Source: a virus (Duplodnaviria; Caudoviricetes). Taken from it: a stretch of 52,875 bases of DNA. The stretch is taken from positions 1-52,875 of the IMG/VR virus record IMGVR_UViG_3300023174_000226, one strand, 5' to 3'. Below, piece by piece: positions 8,847 to 19,400 of the stretch. The notes below the pieces were generated by a model. It saw only the letters and a list, made by a program, of their open reading frames with translations, had not been told where the DNA came from and made no database searches. The translations under genes were made by a program, and so were the position numbers. Every line of letters starts with the position of its first letter. Within the stretch, counting starts at the first letter, position 1.

Positions 8847-10097
8847 ATGAGTATTCAGAAGGCACATTTTGACATTGACGGAAATAATGTCCGTATCTCT
8901 ATGCCTCTTACCAAGGTAGACGCAGAACGTAGAATTGTATCTGGTTTTGCTACGCTTGATAACATTGACAAGCAAAATGACATCGTTACCCCAGAAGCAT
9001 CTCTATCAGCCTTCTCTAAGTTCCGTGGTAACATTCGTGAAATGCACCAACCAAAAGCAGTAGGTAAAATGGTGGCATTTAAAGAAGACAAGTACTTTGA
9101 CCCAGAGACAAAGAAGTTCTATCAGGGTATCTATGTATCAGCATATGTTTCAAAGGGTGCTCAGGATGCATGGGAAAAAGTTCTAGATGGAACCTACACA
9201 GGTTTCTCTATTGGCGGTAAAATGAATAAGTGGGATGATGGCTATGATGAAAAGAGCGATTCTGCTATCCGCATTATCAAGGATTATGATTTGGTTGAAC
9301 TTTCATTGGTGGATAGTCCAGCAAATCAGTTTGCCAATATACTTTCTGTTGAGAAGGTAGATGGTGTTGATACTGTTGTTGGAGAGGGTACACAAACAGT
9401 TCTAGAAAATGTATTCTGGGACAAAGAATCAGGATTGGTAACAATCTCAGAAGAAGAATCTGCTGTAAGTCCAGTAAATGGAAACCAAATGCAGAATATA
9501 GGTTTTGTTGAGAAGTCAGATAATGACAAACTTAACATGATAAAGTTCTTAGTAGATAGTGCTAAAGGCATTAATACTTCTAAGACTATTAAAAAGGAGA
9601 ATGATAACATGTCAGATGAAATCGTAAATGATAAAGTCGTAGATGTCGCTCCAGAGGCAGAAGTTGTAGTTGACGCTCCTGCTACAGAAGAAGTTGTTGA
9701 AGAGGCTCCAGTAGCCGAGCCAGCACATGTAGAAGAAGTTGTAGAAGACGTTGTTCCAGGTTCAGAAGAAGTAATTGCTAAGGCAGTTAATGAACTAGGT
9801 GCAACAGTTACAACAGCCTTTAGCGATATCTCAGCAATTATTAAGTCACTAGCAGATGCAAATGCATCACTAGTTTCTGAACTTGCTGAACTAAAGAAGT
9901 CAGTAGGTTATGTATCAGCAGCAGTTGCAGATGCAGAATCAGACTTCACAAATCTTGGAAAGCGTATCGATGCTGTTGAGGCAGACACCGCTTTCCGTAA
10001 GTCTGGTGACCTCGGTGAGGTCATTCAGGAACCAGTACTGGTGGAAAAATCAGTATGGGGCGGAAGTTTCCTCACAACATCCGATTTACTAAAATAA
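8847..10097 (+). CDS. Prohead protease fused to an acidic scaffold region
   Basis: RIVSGFAT..NIDKQND, IREMHQ, GFSIGG, ELSLVDSPAN; acidic/coiled-coil C-terminal half. Confidence 0.88.
   Translation: MSIQKAHFDIDGNNVRISMPLTKVDAERRIVSGFATLDNIDKQNDIVTPEASLSAFSKFRGNIREMHQPKAVGKMVAFKEDKYFDPETKKFYQGIYVSAYVSKGAQDAWEKVLDGTYTGFSIGGKMNKWDDGYDEKSDSAIRIIKDYDLVELSLVDSPANQFANILSVEKVDGVDTVVGEGTQTVLENVFWDKESGLVTISEEESAVSPVNGNQMQNIGFVEKSDNDKLNMIKFLVDSAKGINTSKTIKKENDNMSDEIVNDKVVDVAPEAEVVVDAPATEEVVEEAPVAEPAHVEEVVEDVVPGSEEVIAKAVNELGATVTTAFSDISAIIKSLADANASLVSELAELKKSVGYVSAAVADAESDFTNLGKRIDAVEADTAFRKSGDLGEVIQEPVLVEKSVWGGSFLTTSDLLK
9609..10097 (+). CDS. Putative nested in-frame scaffold protein
   Basis: AAGGAG at 9594-9599, in-frame ATG at 9609 where the acidic region starts. 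Confidence 0.6.
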   Translation: MSDEIVNDKVVDVAPEAEVVVDAPATEEVVEEAPVAEPAHVEEVVEDVVPGSEEVIAKAVNELGATVTTAFSDISAIIKSLADANASLVSELAELKKSVGYVSAAVADAESDFTNLGKRIDAVEADTAFRKSGDLGEVIQEPVLVEKSVWGGSFLTTSDLLK

Positions 10098-10121
10098 TTC
10101 ACTTAGGAGGTGAAAAATAAA

Positions 10122-11279
10122 ATGTCAGAAGAAATTATCAAAAATATGCCAGCAGCAACAGGTGCTGGTTATCCAAACGCAGAAGGTGCTTTCGGAGCAA
10201 CTGGTACCACAACAAACGGTACTGGTGCGTTCTCTGAGCACGGTACTTATCTAGGTAACAGTCCAACAGCAAACTTTGGTGACCTAAGCGGTCCTAACGC
10301 TGTTAACCCATCTAGAACTGCATCTCCAACTTATACAGGTACTGGTATCCTACGCCCTGAACAGGCAAGACGATTTATCGACTATGTTTGGGACGCAACT
10401 ACACTTGCACAAGATGGACGCAGAGTTACTATGCGAGCAAACACAATGGAACTTGAGAAGATTAACGTGGGAGACCGTGTTATTCGTGCTGCAAGCCAGG
10501 GTGTTTCAACATATACTAACACAGGTGCCACCTTCTCTAAGGTTGAACTAACAACAAAGAAGATTCGTCTAGACTGGGAAGTTTCCTCAGAGTCACTCGA
10601 AGATAACATCGAGGGTGCTGCTCTAGAAGACCACTTGGTTCGTCTAATGACTAATGCTTTCGGTAACGATATCGAGGACCTTGCTATTAATGGCGATGGT
10701 TCTACAGGTAACTTCCTTAGCATTATGAATGGATTCATCAACCAGGAGAAGACTAATCCAAGCCTTCAGCCTACAAACAATCCTGGAAGTGCACACGAAG
10801 TAATTAACTCAACTCTAGTTGGGTCTAATACTGCGTTCACTGACTGGACAACTGAAAGACTACAGTCACTTATCTTGGCTATGCCTCGTAGATATCGTGC
10901 TATTACCAACGGACTAAAGTTCTATGCTGGTACAGACACATTTGCGAACATCGTTAAGAACAATGCTACTGTTTACTCTACCATTGGTTCTACCGAGAAT
11001 ACTCGTAATGAATTCATTGGTGGTGCAAACCAGACTTTCGGTGGTGCACGTCAGACTCGTGTTCTAGGTGTTCCTGTTCTTGAAGTTCCTTACTACCCTG
11101 CAGGATTCGTTGACCTAACGTTCCCACAGAACCGTATTTGGGGCTTCCAGAGAGATATCACTGTGAACCGTTTCTACGTTCCAAAGAAGGATACAATTGA
11201 ATACACTGTCTTCGTTCGTTTCGGTATTGCCTGGGAAGAACTAGATGCAGTTGCATTCGCAGACGCTGCTGCAGAGTAA
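10122..11279 (+). CDS. Major capsid protein (HK97 fold)
   Basis: GILRPEQARRFIDYV, ELTTKKIRLDWEVSSESLEDNIEG, DLAINGD; SD AGGAGGTG supports ATG 10122. Confidence 0.92.
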   Translation: MSEEIIKNMPAATGAGYPNAEGAFGATGTTTNGTGAFSEHGTYLGNSPTANFGDLSGPNAVNPSRTASPTYTGTGILRPEQARRFIDYVWDATTLAQDGRRVTMRANTMELEKINVGDRVIRAASQGVSTYTNTGATFSKVELTTKKIRLDWEVSSESLEDNIEGAALEDHLVRLMTNAFGNDIEDLAINGDGSTGNFLSIMNGFINQEKTNPSLQPTNNPGSAHEVINSTLVGSNTAFTDWTTERLQSLILAMPRRYRAITNGLKFYAGTDTFANIVKNNATVYSTIGSTENTRNEFIGGANQTFGGARQTRVLGVPVLEVPYYPAGFVDLTFPQNRIWGFQRDITVNRFYVPKKDTIEYTVFVRFGIAWEELDAVAFADAAAE

Positions 11280-11303
11280 TCTGTCTTAGCGTTACCTTTG
11301 AAT

Positions 11304-11336
11304 GGGGGTAGGGATTTATTTCTCTACCCCCTTTCT
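11304..11336 (+). terminator. Intrinsic terminator after capsid
   Basis: GGGGGTAGGGA-tttatt-TCTCTACCCCC then TTTCT. Confidence 0.8.
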
Positions 11337-11345
11337 ATATTTATC

Positions 11346-11354
11346 TGGTATAAT
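11346..11354 (+). promoter_or_regulatory. Extended -10 promoter
   Basis: TGGTATAAT, then SD AGGAGG and ATG 11380. Confidence 0.7.
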
Positions 11355-11379
11355 TGAAATAAATCTAGGAGGATTTTGC

Positions 11380-11688
11380 ATGACCGAAAATAATGAAACA
11401 ACCCCACAAGTTATTAAAAGTGTTCCAACATTAGGATATAATGGCGATGGAGTAATGGGTTCAACTACAACAACTGGTGGACTTCAAAATGAACCATCTT
11501 CTAATCAGGTTTCACAAGTACCACTAAATAAAGTAGCAATTTTTTCAAATAGAAATGTTTATGCAGATGGCTATGGAAATATTAACATGGGATACAATAT
11601 CATTGGAAATAAACATGCTGAATTTTGGCTACAACAGAAGGGTATTCGTTTGGCAACTCCAGAAGAACTAATGGAGGCGTTTGGCTAA
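11380..11688 (+). CDS. Hypothetical head-region protein
   Basis: Start reassigned to 11380 by the SD; the longer ORF would span the terminator. Confidence 0.75.
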   Translation: MTENNETTPQVIKSVPTLGYNGDGVMGSTTTTGGLQNEPSSNQVSQVPLNKVAIFSNRNVYADGYGNINMGYNIIGNKHAEFWLQQKGIRLATPEELMEAFG

Positions 11689-12855
11689 ATGGAAGTTCTA
11701 AGAGTACCACCATATCCAATTTCTACTAAATGGGATGTACCAACTGCTAATGCAACATACATCTTTGAGGTAGAAGATATGGTTGACCACTCTCTAGAAA
11801 GAACTACATTAACATCAAATGCAAGTAAGCAAGTTACCTATACTATTCCACGAGCAAAGGCTCAATATGACCGTGACTTTTCTGTAAAAATTTATGAAAC
11901 AGATATTTATGGAGAAATTGTACTAGAATCAAACCTAACAATCTATCGTCCATATGTAGACCCAAATTTATTGGCTACAACAACAGCAGATATTCTTGCT
12001 TATCAGGAATATGAAATCATTGCTCGTTCTATTATTGATACCTATCTTATGGAAGGTTCTGGCAATGGTGGTGCTTTCTATAACCACAAACTTATTATTC
12101 AGCGTATAGGCGAGGGTAACGATTACTTCCCTGTATGGCACCCAGTAAACCGTGTTCTTAAAGTATACGAAAATAACGTACTTGTATACGATGCAGAAAA
12201 TACACCAATCGGTATTTCTGTTCAAAATGTTGATGTTACTAGTGGTGTTTTAACACTCACAACAACCATTACACATGGTTTTCAATCTGGTCAAAGTGTA
12301 ACGATTTCTGGAGTAACTCCAACTAAATTTAATGGAACTTTTACTCTTACTGGAACACCAACAGCAACGACATTTACCTTGGACAATACATATGTTGGTG
12401 CCACAGATAATGAAGCAATAACAACTCGTGGTGGTGTAGAATCAGTTTGGACATATCAATATAGACCATCATTAGATAACTCAGCAATTATGCGTATGGA
12501 ATTTGGTGAATATAATAGAATGGAACAAACACCACTAAATATTCTATCTGGAGTTGGAGACATTGGATATTATGGATTCTATCCTATTGCTTTCCCAAAG
12601 GGTTATGACTATATCTTTATTGTAGATGCTGGATTCAAGGCTATTCCACCAGATGTTGAAATTGCTATTAAAATGCTTATTGAGGATATCAAGTGTGGTA
12701 GAAACGATTACTACAATAGATTTGTTACAGAATACAGCACAGATTCTTTTGACGTTAAGTTCGCACCACAATTTTTGGAGGGCACTGGAAACATGATTGT
12801 TGATAAAATCCTTAGCAACTACAAGGGAACACTAATTAAACCAGGACTACTATGA
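11689..12855 (+). CDS. Head-tail adaptor with an inserted beta module
   Basis: Position; ARSIIDTY and AGFKAIPPDVEIAIKMLI...TGNMIVDKILSNY adaptor-like motifs. Confidence 0.7.
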   Translation: MEVLRVPPYPISTKWDVPTANATYIFEVEDMVDHSLERTTLTSNASKQVTYTIPRAKAQYDRDFSVKIYETDIYGEIVLESNLTIYRPYVDPNLLATTTADILAYQEYEIIARSIIDTYLMEGSGNGGAFYNHKLIIQRIGEGNDYFPVWHPVNRVLKVYENNVLVYDAENTPIGISVQNVDVTSGVLTLTTTITHGFQSGQSVTISGVTPTKFNGTFTLTGTPTATTFTLDNTYVGATDNEAITTRGGVESVWTYQYRPSLDNSAIMRMEFGEYNRMEQTPLNILSGVGDIGYYGFYPIAFPKGYDYIFIVDAGFKAIPPDVEIAIKMLIEDIKCGRNDYYNRFVTEYSTDSFDVKFAPQFLEGTGNMIVDKILSNYKGTLIKPGLL

Positions 12856-13298
12856 TATGCGAAACAACAGACTTTGCCTACCCACTACTTGCTGATGTCT
12901 ATTATCCAATTATTGAGACTGGAGCATATGGCAATCTTAAAAAGCAATGGGTTTTAGACAGGACTATTGCTTGCTTTTTTTCTTCTGGTGGATTAAAGAA
13001 TAAGAAAGACGTTAATTCAGAAGCAAATTTAAATATAGATAATATGATTTCTGGTAGAGTTAAGAATGATTTAACTCAATCTCAAACAGATTCTTTATAT
13101 TCTATTACAAATATTGTTATTACAAATATTAGAGATATAAACGGAGTATCCATCTACAATGAATCTGCTGGTACTCGTGCTGGATTGTCAACATTGTTTG
13201 AAATAGCAACTCTAAACCCAATCCAGGGTGCCTTCGGTTCAACAGACCACTATAAACTTTTGCTTAGACGTTCTGAGAACCAGGCGGCTGACCTATGA
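12852..13298 (+). CDS. Putative head closure/stopper
   Basis: Synteny, size, GAYGNLKKQW. Confidence 0.55.
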   Translation: MICETTDFAYPLLADVYYPIIETGAYGNLKKQWVLDRTIACFFSSGGLKNKKDVNSEANLNIDNMISGRVKNDLTQSQTDSLYSITNIVITNIRDINGVSIYNESAGTRAGLSTLFEIATLNPIQGAFGSTDHYKLLLRRSENQAADL

Positions 13299-13972
13299 AA
13301 GTAACATTTGATTCTAAAAATTTATTTAATGATTTAAATAATTTAGCAGAGTATTCCATTGGATTTTTAGATGGTGTAAAACTAGGTGAAAATAATTTTT
13401 TAGATAATCTTGGTCATTCTACAATTCAATTGATGAAGAACTTTATTGATTCTAATGCTAGAGTACAACCACAAACATTGCATCATGTCTATGAATGGTA
13501 TCAAACTGGCTCACCTGAAGCAAGATTATTTGATTTAGATTATACAATTAAAAGTTCTGGCTTATCTTTCAACTATAGTTTTAGTCAATCAAAGTCTTTT
13601 GCAAATGGCTCCAAAGAACCGTTTTATGACAAAGCACAAATAATGGAGTCTGGGATACCAGTAACTATCAGACCAAAGAATGCAAAAGTTTTATCTTTCA
13701 ATGATGAAGGAACTCAGGTGTTTACTAAAAATCCTATAATTGTTGCAAATCCTGGCGGTGACGGTGTTGCTGGAAGTTTTGAAAGAATTTTAGATGAGTT
13801 TTTTGGCACATATTTTCAGCAATCTTATCTATATGTTTCTGGGGTATTAGAGTATTTGAACAACCCAATTCCATACAAAACAAACTTATCTACTGGTATA
13901 AAGCAAGGAAAAAGTGTGGGTATCAAAGTTGGCTATGAATGGATATCGAAAGGTGGTAGAATAGAAGAATGA
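13295..13972 (+). CDS. Putative neck/tail completion protein
   Basis: Synteny; VTIRPKNAKVLSF. Confidence 0.5.
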   Translation: MKVTFDSKNLFNDLNNLAEYSIGFLDGVKLGENNFLDNLGHSTIQLMKNFIDSNARVQPQTLHHVYEWYQTGSPEARLFDLDYTIKSSGLSFNYSFSQSKSFANGSKEPFYDKAQIMESGIPVTIRPKNAKVLSFNDEGTQVFTKNPIIVANPGGDGVAGSFERILDEFFGTYFQQSYLYVSGVLEYLNNPIPYKTNLSTGIKQGKSVGIKVGYEWISKGGRIEE

Positions 13973-14490
13973 CCACTACATCTATTTTGAACACACCTGT
14001 ACTATGGGTAAATGCCTATCTACAAGAAAAGTTAGAAGGACTTGGGTTTGATACAATTCCATTTTTCCCAACAACTCCATCAACCATAAATGACCTTACA
14101 GAATATTTTCCTCCAGGTGGGGTCATGTGTACATATGACCGCATGCTTCGTATGCGTAAAAGTCCATTTCCACATATTAAATGTGAAGAATTGTTATATT
14201 ATTTTTATGCTACAGCAGAAAACTCAATTATCAACATGATTAAGATAACTGAAAAGATTAATAGACTTATGGATGGTGAAGATGAGACAGCAGAAGATAT
14301 AAATGCTTGGTGTGTTGCTAAAGGTTCTATTACAGTAGAAGGTGAAACAATACAACCAAATTTTAGATTCCACAATTTCAAGGTATTCCAATTGCAAGAA
14401 ACTCGTGACATTATTAACTTTGGTACAGCCAGAACCTATGCTGGTAACAAGATAATTTTATATTATGACTACACTATGATTGATAGATAA
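13969..14490 (+). CDS. Putative tail terminator
   Basis: Directly precedes the tail tube; size fits. Confidence 0.5.
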   Translation: MTTTSILNTPVLWVNAYLQEKLEGLGFDTIPFFPTTPSTINDLTEYFPPGGVMCTYDRMLRMRKSPFPHIKCEELLYYFYATAENSIINMIKITEKINRLMDGEDETAEDINAWCVAKGSITVEGETIQPNFRFHNFKVFQLQETRDIINFGTARTYAGNKIILYYDYTMIDR

Positions 14491-14498
14491 TAAAAGGC

Positions 14499-14507
14499 TG
14501 TTATACT
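14499..14507 (+). promoter_or_regulatory. Extended -10 promoter for tail tube
   Basis: TGTTATACT; SD GAGGTG before ATG 14565. Confidence 0.65.
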
Positions 14508-14564
14508 TATATAGAGGAAACACACGCCCATATATTTCATTAAAGAAAAAGAGGTGAAAAAAAT

Positions 14565-15299
14565 ATGGCAACTTATACAAGAGGAAACGCTGCTAACATC
14601 GTAGTCGGTGCTGCAGCAGTTTTTATTGGAAATTACGGTGTAAACGTAAACAGCACAATCCAGTCAGGTACTAACCCTGGTGGTGGTGCTCCAGATTTCG
14701 TAGAAGCAACGTCTTACAAGGATACCCTTGCAAACAACGTTAACTACACATCTGTAGGTTACACTAACAACGGTCTAGAACTATCATTCGACCCATCATT
14801 CGGTGAGGTAATGGTAGACCAAATTCTAGACGTAGCAAAGTTGTACAAGTCAGGTATGAAGGTAACTCTAAAGACTTCTCTAGCAGAAGCAACTTTGGAA
14901 AACTTGCTACTAGCACTTGCACAGCGTGGTTCTGTAAACCGTTACACTAACACTGCAACAACAGCCGCAGCAACAATTACATATACTCCAGGTACAAGCA
15001 CTGAAAACAGCACTGCACATGGTAAGTATATTGACTTGTTCTCAGGTGACCTAGGTGACTACCCAGTTGAGCGTTCGCTCATCGCAATTGGTGCTGGTCT
15101 ATCTAACATTGGTAACAATGCAACAGGTGTAGCAACAACTGACCAATCAGAACGTGTCTATGTCGCATATCGTGTTGTAAACATTAGCAACGTAACTGTC
15201 GCTGCAAAGCGTGATGCTGCAACTACATTTGATGTAGAGTTCCGTTTGCTCCCAGATGCAAATGGTGCTTACGGTAAAATCGTAGACCGCACATACTAA
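14565..15299 (+). CDS. Major tail tube protein
   Basis: NIVVGAAAVFI, VGYTNNGLELSF, LKTSLAEATLENL, FDVEFRLLPD; followed by a terminator. Confidence 0.85.
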   Translation: MATYTRGNAANIVVGAAAVFIGNYGVNVNSTIQSGTNPGGGAPDFVEATSYKDTLANNVNYTSVGYTNNGLELSFDPSFGEVMVDQILDVAKLYKSGMKVTLKTSLAEATLENLLLALAQRGSVNRYTNTATTAAATITYTPGTSTENSTAHGKYIDLFSGDLGDYPVERSLIAIGAGLSNIGNNATGVATTDQSERVYVAYRVVNISNVTVAAKRDAATTFDVEFRLLPDANGAYGKIVDRTY

Positions 15300-15325
15300 A
15301 AATTAAATAATAACTGAATACTAAT

Positions 15326-15361
15326 GAGGCTGCCCTGGGGATACCTGGGGCAGTTTCTTTT
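15326..15361 (+). terminator. Intrinsic terminator
   Basis: GAGGCTGCCCTGGG-gata-CCTGGGGCAGTTTC then TTTT. Confidence 0.85.
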
Positions 15362-15369
15362 GGTATAAT
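15361..15369 (+). promoter_or_regulatory. Extended -10, leaderless
   Basis: TGGTATAAT 5 nt before ATG 15375; no SD. Confidence 0.7.
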
Positions 15370-15374
15370 AGACT

Positions 15375-16091
15375 ATGCCTACTAATATATATGATACAAA
15401 ATACATTTACCTTATTGATGGAACAGAGTTAGAGGTTAGTCCATTAAAGATTAAATATTTAAAAGAATTTATGGAAGTATTTGAACCAATAAAAAATACT
15501 AAAAATGATGATGAGTCTATTAAAATACTTATTCATTGTATGAAAATAGCGATGAAACAATATTATCCTAAAATTAAAACAATTGAAGATGTTGAAGATA
15601 GTATGGATTTGCCAACAATTTATAAAGTTTTAGAAATTTCTGCTGGAATCAAAATGGGTCAGCCTACAGATAGTAGTATAGACAATAGTGTACAACAAAT
15701 ACCAGTAGCACCAACAGATAATGGTTCTTGGAAAACATTAGATTTGGCTAAACTAGAAGCAGAAATTTTTGTTCTTGGAATATGGAAAAACTTCGATGAA
15801 CTAGAATCAAACATATGTATGCCAGAATTAATGGCTATTCTTGAATCAAAAAGAGAATTAGACTATAATGAAAAGAAATTTCTTGCTGCTATGCAAGGTG
15901 TAGACCTTGATGAAGCCAGCGGTAAAAAAGAAGAAGACCCTTGGGAAGCAATGAAAGCCAGGGTAGCAGCACAAACTAGTGGTGTTGGCAATGGAGACCC
16001 TAATGATATAACAGCCTTGCAAGGAGTAAAAGCACAGCAAACAGGATTTGGCATAGGCATGGGTCTTGACTATCAAGTTGTTTCAAAATAG
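15375..16091 (+). CDS. Tail assembly chaperone, long (G-T-like) form
   Basis: Between tube and tape measure; N-terminal ~95 aa is paralogous to the next gene, plus a C-terminal extension. Confidence 0.75.
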   Translation: MPTNIYDTKYIYLIDGTELEVSPLKIKYLKEFMEVFEPIKNTKNDDESIKILIHCMKIAMKQYYPKIKTIEDVEDSMDLPTIYKVLEISAGIKMGQPTDSSIDNSVQQIPVAPTDNGSWKTLDLAKLEAEIFVLGIWKNFDELESNICMPELMAILESKRELDYNEKKFLAAMQGVDLDEASGKKEEDPWEAMKARVAAQTSGVGNGDPNDITALQGVKAQQTGFGIGMGLDYQVVSK

Positions 16092-16100
16092 ACTGTGTTA

Positions 16101-16109
16101 TGCTATAAT
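16101..16109 (+). promoter_or_regulatory. Extended -10 promoter
   Basis: TGCTATAAT; SD AAGGAGGA before ATG 16134. Confidence 0.7.
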
Positions 16110-16133
16110 TAATAAGAACCTTAAGGAGGATTC

Positions 16134-16457
16134 ATGTCTACAACAATTAACGAACCAAGAACTGTAGAACTACTGGACGGAACAAGTATTACTGTACGTC
16201 CATTGAAAATCTCTCTTCTACGTCCCTTTATGACAAAATTTGAGGGTATCGCAGAAGTAGCAGATAACAACGAGAAGTCTATGACACTTCTCATGGAATG
16301 TGTTCAGATTGCACTTCAGCAATTTGCTCCAGACCTAGCCAAGGATGCAAAGGCTCTAGAAGAACTTTTGGACCTACCAACCGTATACAAGATTGTTGAA
16401 GAAGCATCTGGTATTAAACTTAGTGAAGCCTCACTAATGGGTGGTTTAATCGGCTAA
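16134..16457 (+). CDS. Tail assembly chaperone, short (G-like) form
   Basis: 107 aa; shares LxDGT, PLKI, FM..FE, C..IA..Q, DLPT.YK and GIK with the 15375 ORF. Confidence 0.75.
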   Translation: MSTTINEPRTVELLDGTSITVRPLKISLLRPFMTKFEGIAEVADNNEKSMTLLMECVQIALQQFAPDLAKDAKALEELLDLPTVYKIVEEASGIKLSEASLMGGLIG

Positions 16458-16475
16458 TAAAGCGGTGTAAGTTGA

Positions 16476-19400
16476 ATGGCTGATATCAATTCCAATATAA
16501 AAGTTAATATAGATACGTCAGACGCTCTGGCACAACTAAAACTTTTACAGCAACAGATATCAGCCTTTCAGCAAGCAATGCGAAATGCAGGTGCACAAAA
16601 TGCTTCTGCTGCTGCTGCAATGCAGCAAAATCTTATAACCTCAATTAATGCTACTGGAAAATTCAGAGCCAACGTTCAAACAATAAAAACAAGTGCAGAA
16701 TCATTTACAGAATCTTTAGAAAAAAATAAATTTTCTATTGGAGAATACTTTAGATATGCTGGCGGTGCTTCAAAAACTTTCGGTAAATTGTTTAAATCAG
16801 AGTATGCAACTATAACCCAGGTAGCAAAAGAACGAGTAAAAGAACTACAAACCCAATACATCAAACTTGGTCGTGATGCCACAGGTGCTATGAAGGCTAT
16901 TGCTGTAAAGCCACTATCACTTGATATGACTAATCTTGCAACTAAAACACAGATTGCAGCACAAAAACAACAACTCTTTAATCAGTTAATGACACAGGGT
17001 TCTACAAGTCTTCTAAACTTTGGTAAAAATACTCAATGGGCTGGTCGCCAACTTATGGTTGGTTTTACAATCCCATTAACAATGATGGGTTCTGCTGCTG
17101 CTAAGGCATACATGCAAATTGAACAAGCATCTGTAAAGTTTAGACGTGTTTATGGTGACATGAATACAACTACAGAAGAAGCCAATAAGATGGTTAAGTC
17201 TGTACAAAGTCTTGCAAATGAATTTACAAAGTATGGTGTTGCAGTTGCAGATACTATGGATATGGCTGCTCAGGCAGCCGCTATGGGTAAAACTGGTGCA
17301 GACCTTATTGCACAAATAAATAATGCTGCAAAACTTTCTATCTTAGGTGGGGTAGACCAGACAAAGGCTTTAGAAACTACTATTAGTCTTACAAATGCTT
17401 TTGGAGTTGCAGCAGAAGATTTAGGTAAAAACATTGACTTCTTGAACGCAGTTGAAAACCAAACTACACTCAGTATTGATGATTTAACTACTGCTATTCC
17501 AAAGGCTGCCCCTGTTGTTAAACAACTTGGTGGAGATGTAAAAGATTTGGCATTCTTTATGACAGCAATGAAAGAAGGTGGAATTAACGCATCTGAAGGT
17601 GCTAACGCAATTAAATCTGGTTTGGCATCATTGATTAATCCATCAGAAAAAGCATCAAAATTTCTTCAAGGATTTGGTATCAATGTTAAAGGTATTGTTG
17701 AAGCAGATAAAGGTAATCTAAAGAAAACAGTTGTTGATTTTGCTAAAGCACTAGACACTCTTGACCCACTAAACCGTGCTCGTGCTATTGAACAAATGTT
17801 TGGAAAGTTCCAATTTTCCAGACTTTCAACATTGTTCCAAAACGTAATTGCCGAAGGTAGCCAAGCATCTCAAGTAGCAGAATTATCTAAAAACTCAGCA
17901 GAAGAATTAGCAATCTTGTCAGAACGAGAAATGAAAAAGATTTCAGATTCTCCAATGTTTAAATTTCAAAAATCTATGCAAGATATGCAAGCAAAACTTG
18001 CTCCAGTTGGAGAAGCATTCTTAAAGGCTGTAACACCAATTATTGAATTTGTAAGCAAGATTCTAGATGGTTTTAATAATCTGGGTGAAGGAACTAAAAA
18101 CTTTGTATCAATGTTAGTTTTAGCAGTAGCAGGTATTGGTCCTGTACTACTAATGACATTTGGTTTGATTGCAAACGGTGTAGCAAATATTATGAAACTA
18201 TTTACAAATATGAAAGGTTTCATTAATAAGACAACTAAGCCATCAGATATTCTTGGTGAACAAACTAGTTATATGACTACAGAACAGTTGAAGGGTGCAG
18301 CAGTTGCAGCATCTCTTGACCAAGCACATGCCAAACTTCGTCAAACATTTACCTCTGAAAAAGCAGCATTAGATGAATTAACTAGGTCATATAGACAAGC
18401 AGTAGAAGCCCAACAGCAATATTCTGGTGTTCCAGGAATACCAACAGGAAATCCAAATGCTGTTCCTAAAAGATATGCTAATGGTGTTTCTATGGTTCCT
18501 GGTCCAAGAGGTGCAGGAGATATTATTCCAGCCTTGCTGTCTCCAGGTGAAGCAGTTATACCAGCCAAACATGCACAAAAATATGCACCTGTAATTGCTG
18601 GTATGGTTGCTGGCAATCTTCCAGGATTTGAAGATGGAACTACTGGCGTTGGAATGCGTCAAAGTACTATTGGTCCACTTACTCAAAAACAAACAGAGGG
18701 TATGCTTAGAACTGGTAAATCACTTAAAGAGATTAGCGATGAAGTTTATGCTGGTCCATATGGAGCAGTTCCTCCAGAACACTATGTAAGACAGATTGAA
18801 CCAACAAGTGGGCACTCATTTCCTGCATTCCAAGTTGGAGGAATTTATGAAAAAGCAGACGGTACAAAGGTATTTGTAAAGCCACAGGTAGACCTTGTTT
18901 CAGCAATGGCAGAAGTTCGTGGAACTCAAATTGCAAGAGATGCTCATCAACTAATAACTCCACAACAAAAAATTGTTACAATGATGGACCCAACAGACCC
19001 AGAAGGAAAACGTAAGTTCATTGCACTTGAATCACAATTAAATGAACAGATTGCAAATATTTCTACATCATTTACAAAACAGCAATATATTAAACAACTT
19101 GTAGCATCTCTTCTTCGTGGAGATAAGGACCTTGGAATTGGTAATCTTGGTGGAGATATTCTTGCAGATGTTGGTACTGCAGGTGTTTTCCAAACTGCAT
19201 CTGGTAAGCGTAAACTTGGTGGCTCAATTAACTCTATGGAAGAACAAGCCATCATCAATCTTCTTGGTGTAAAGGGCGGTGCCAAGAGATTCTTTGCTGA
19301 ATCAACAGCAGAAATTGCTAAGAGTATGACACCTGCAGAATATGATGCCGCTATGAAGGCTGAAATTCAATCAGTTATGCCAAGACTTCAAACCACAATC

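Noticed and set aside
11302-11379. Longer N-termini in the ORF track (also 10110, 34747, 43115, 51103, 51716)
   Set aside because: They cross terminators, SDs or upstream genes; downstream starts fit SD or coupling better.
15375-16475. Programmed -1 frameshift in the tail chaperones
   Set aside because: No slippery heptamer at the end of the short gene and no room for a T frame before the TMP.
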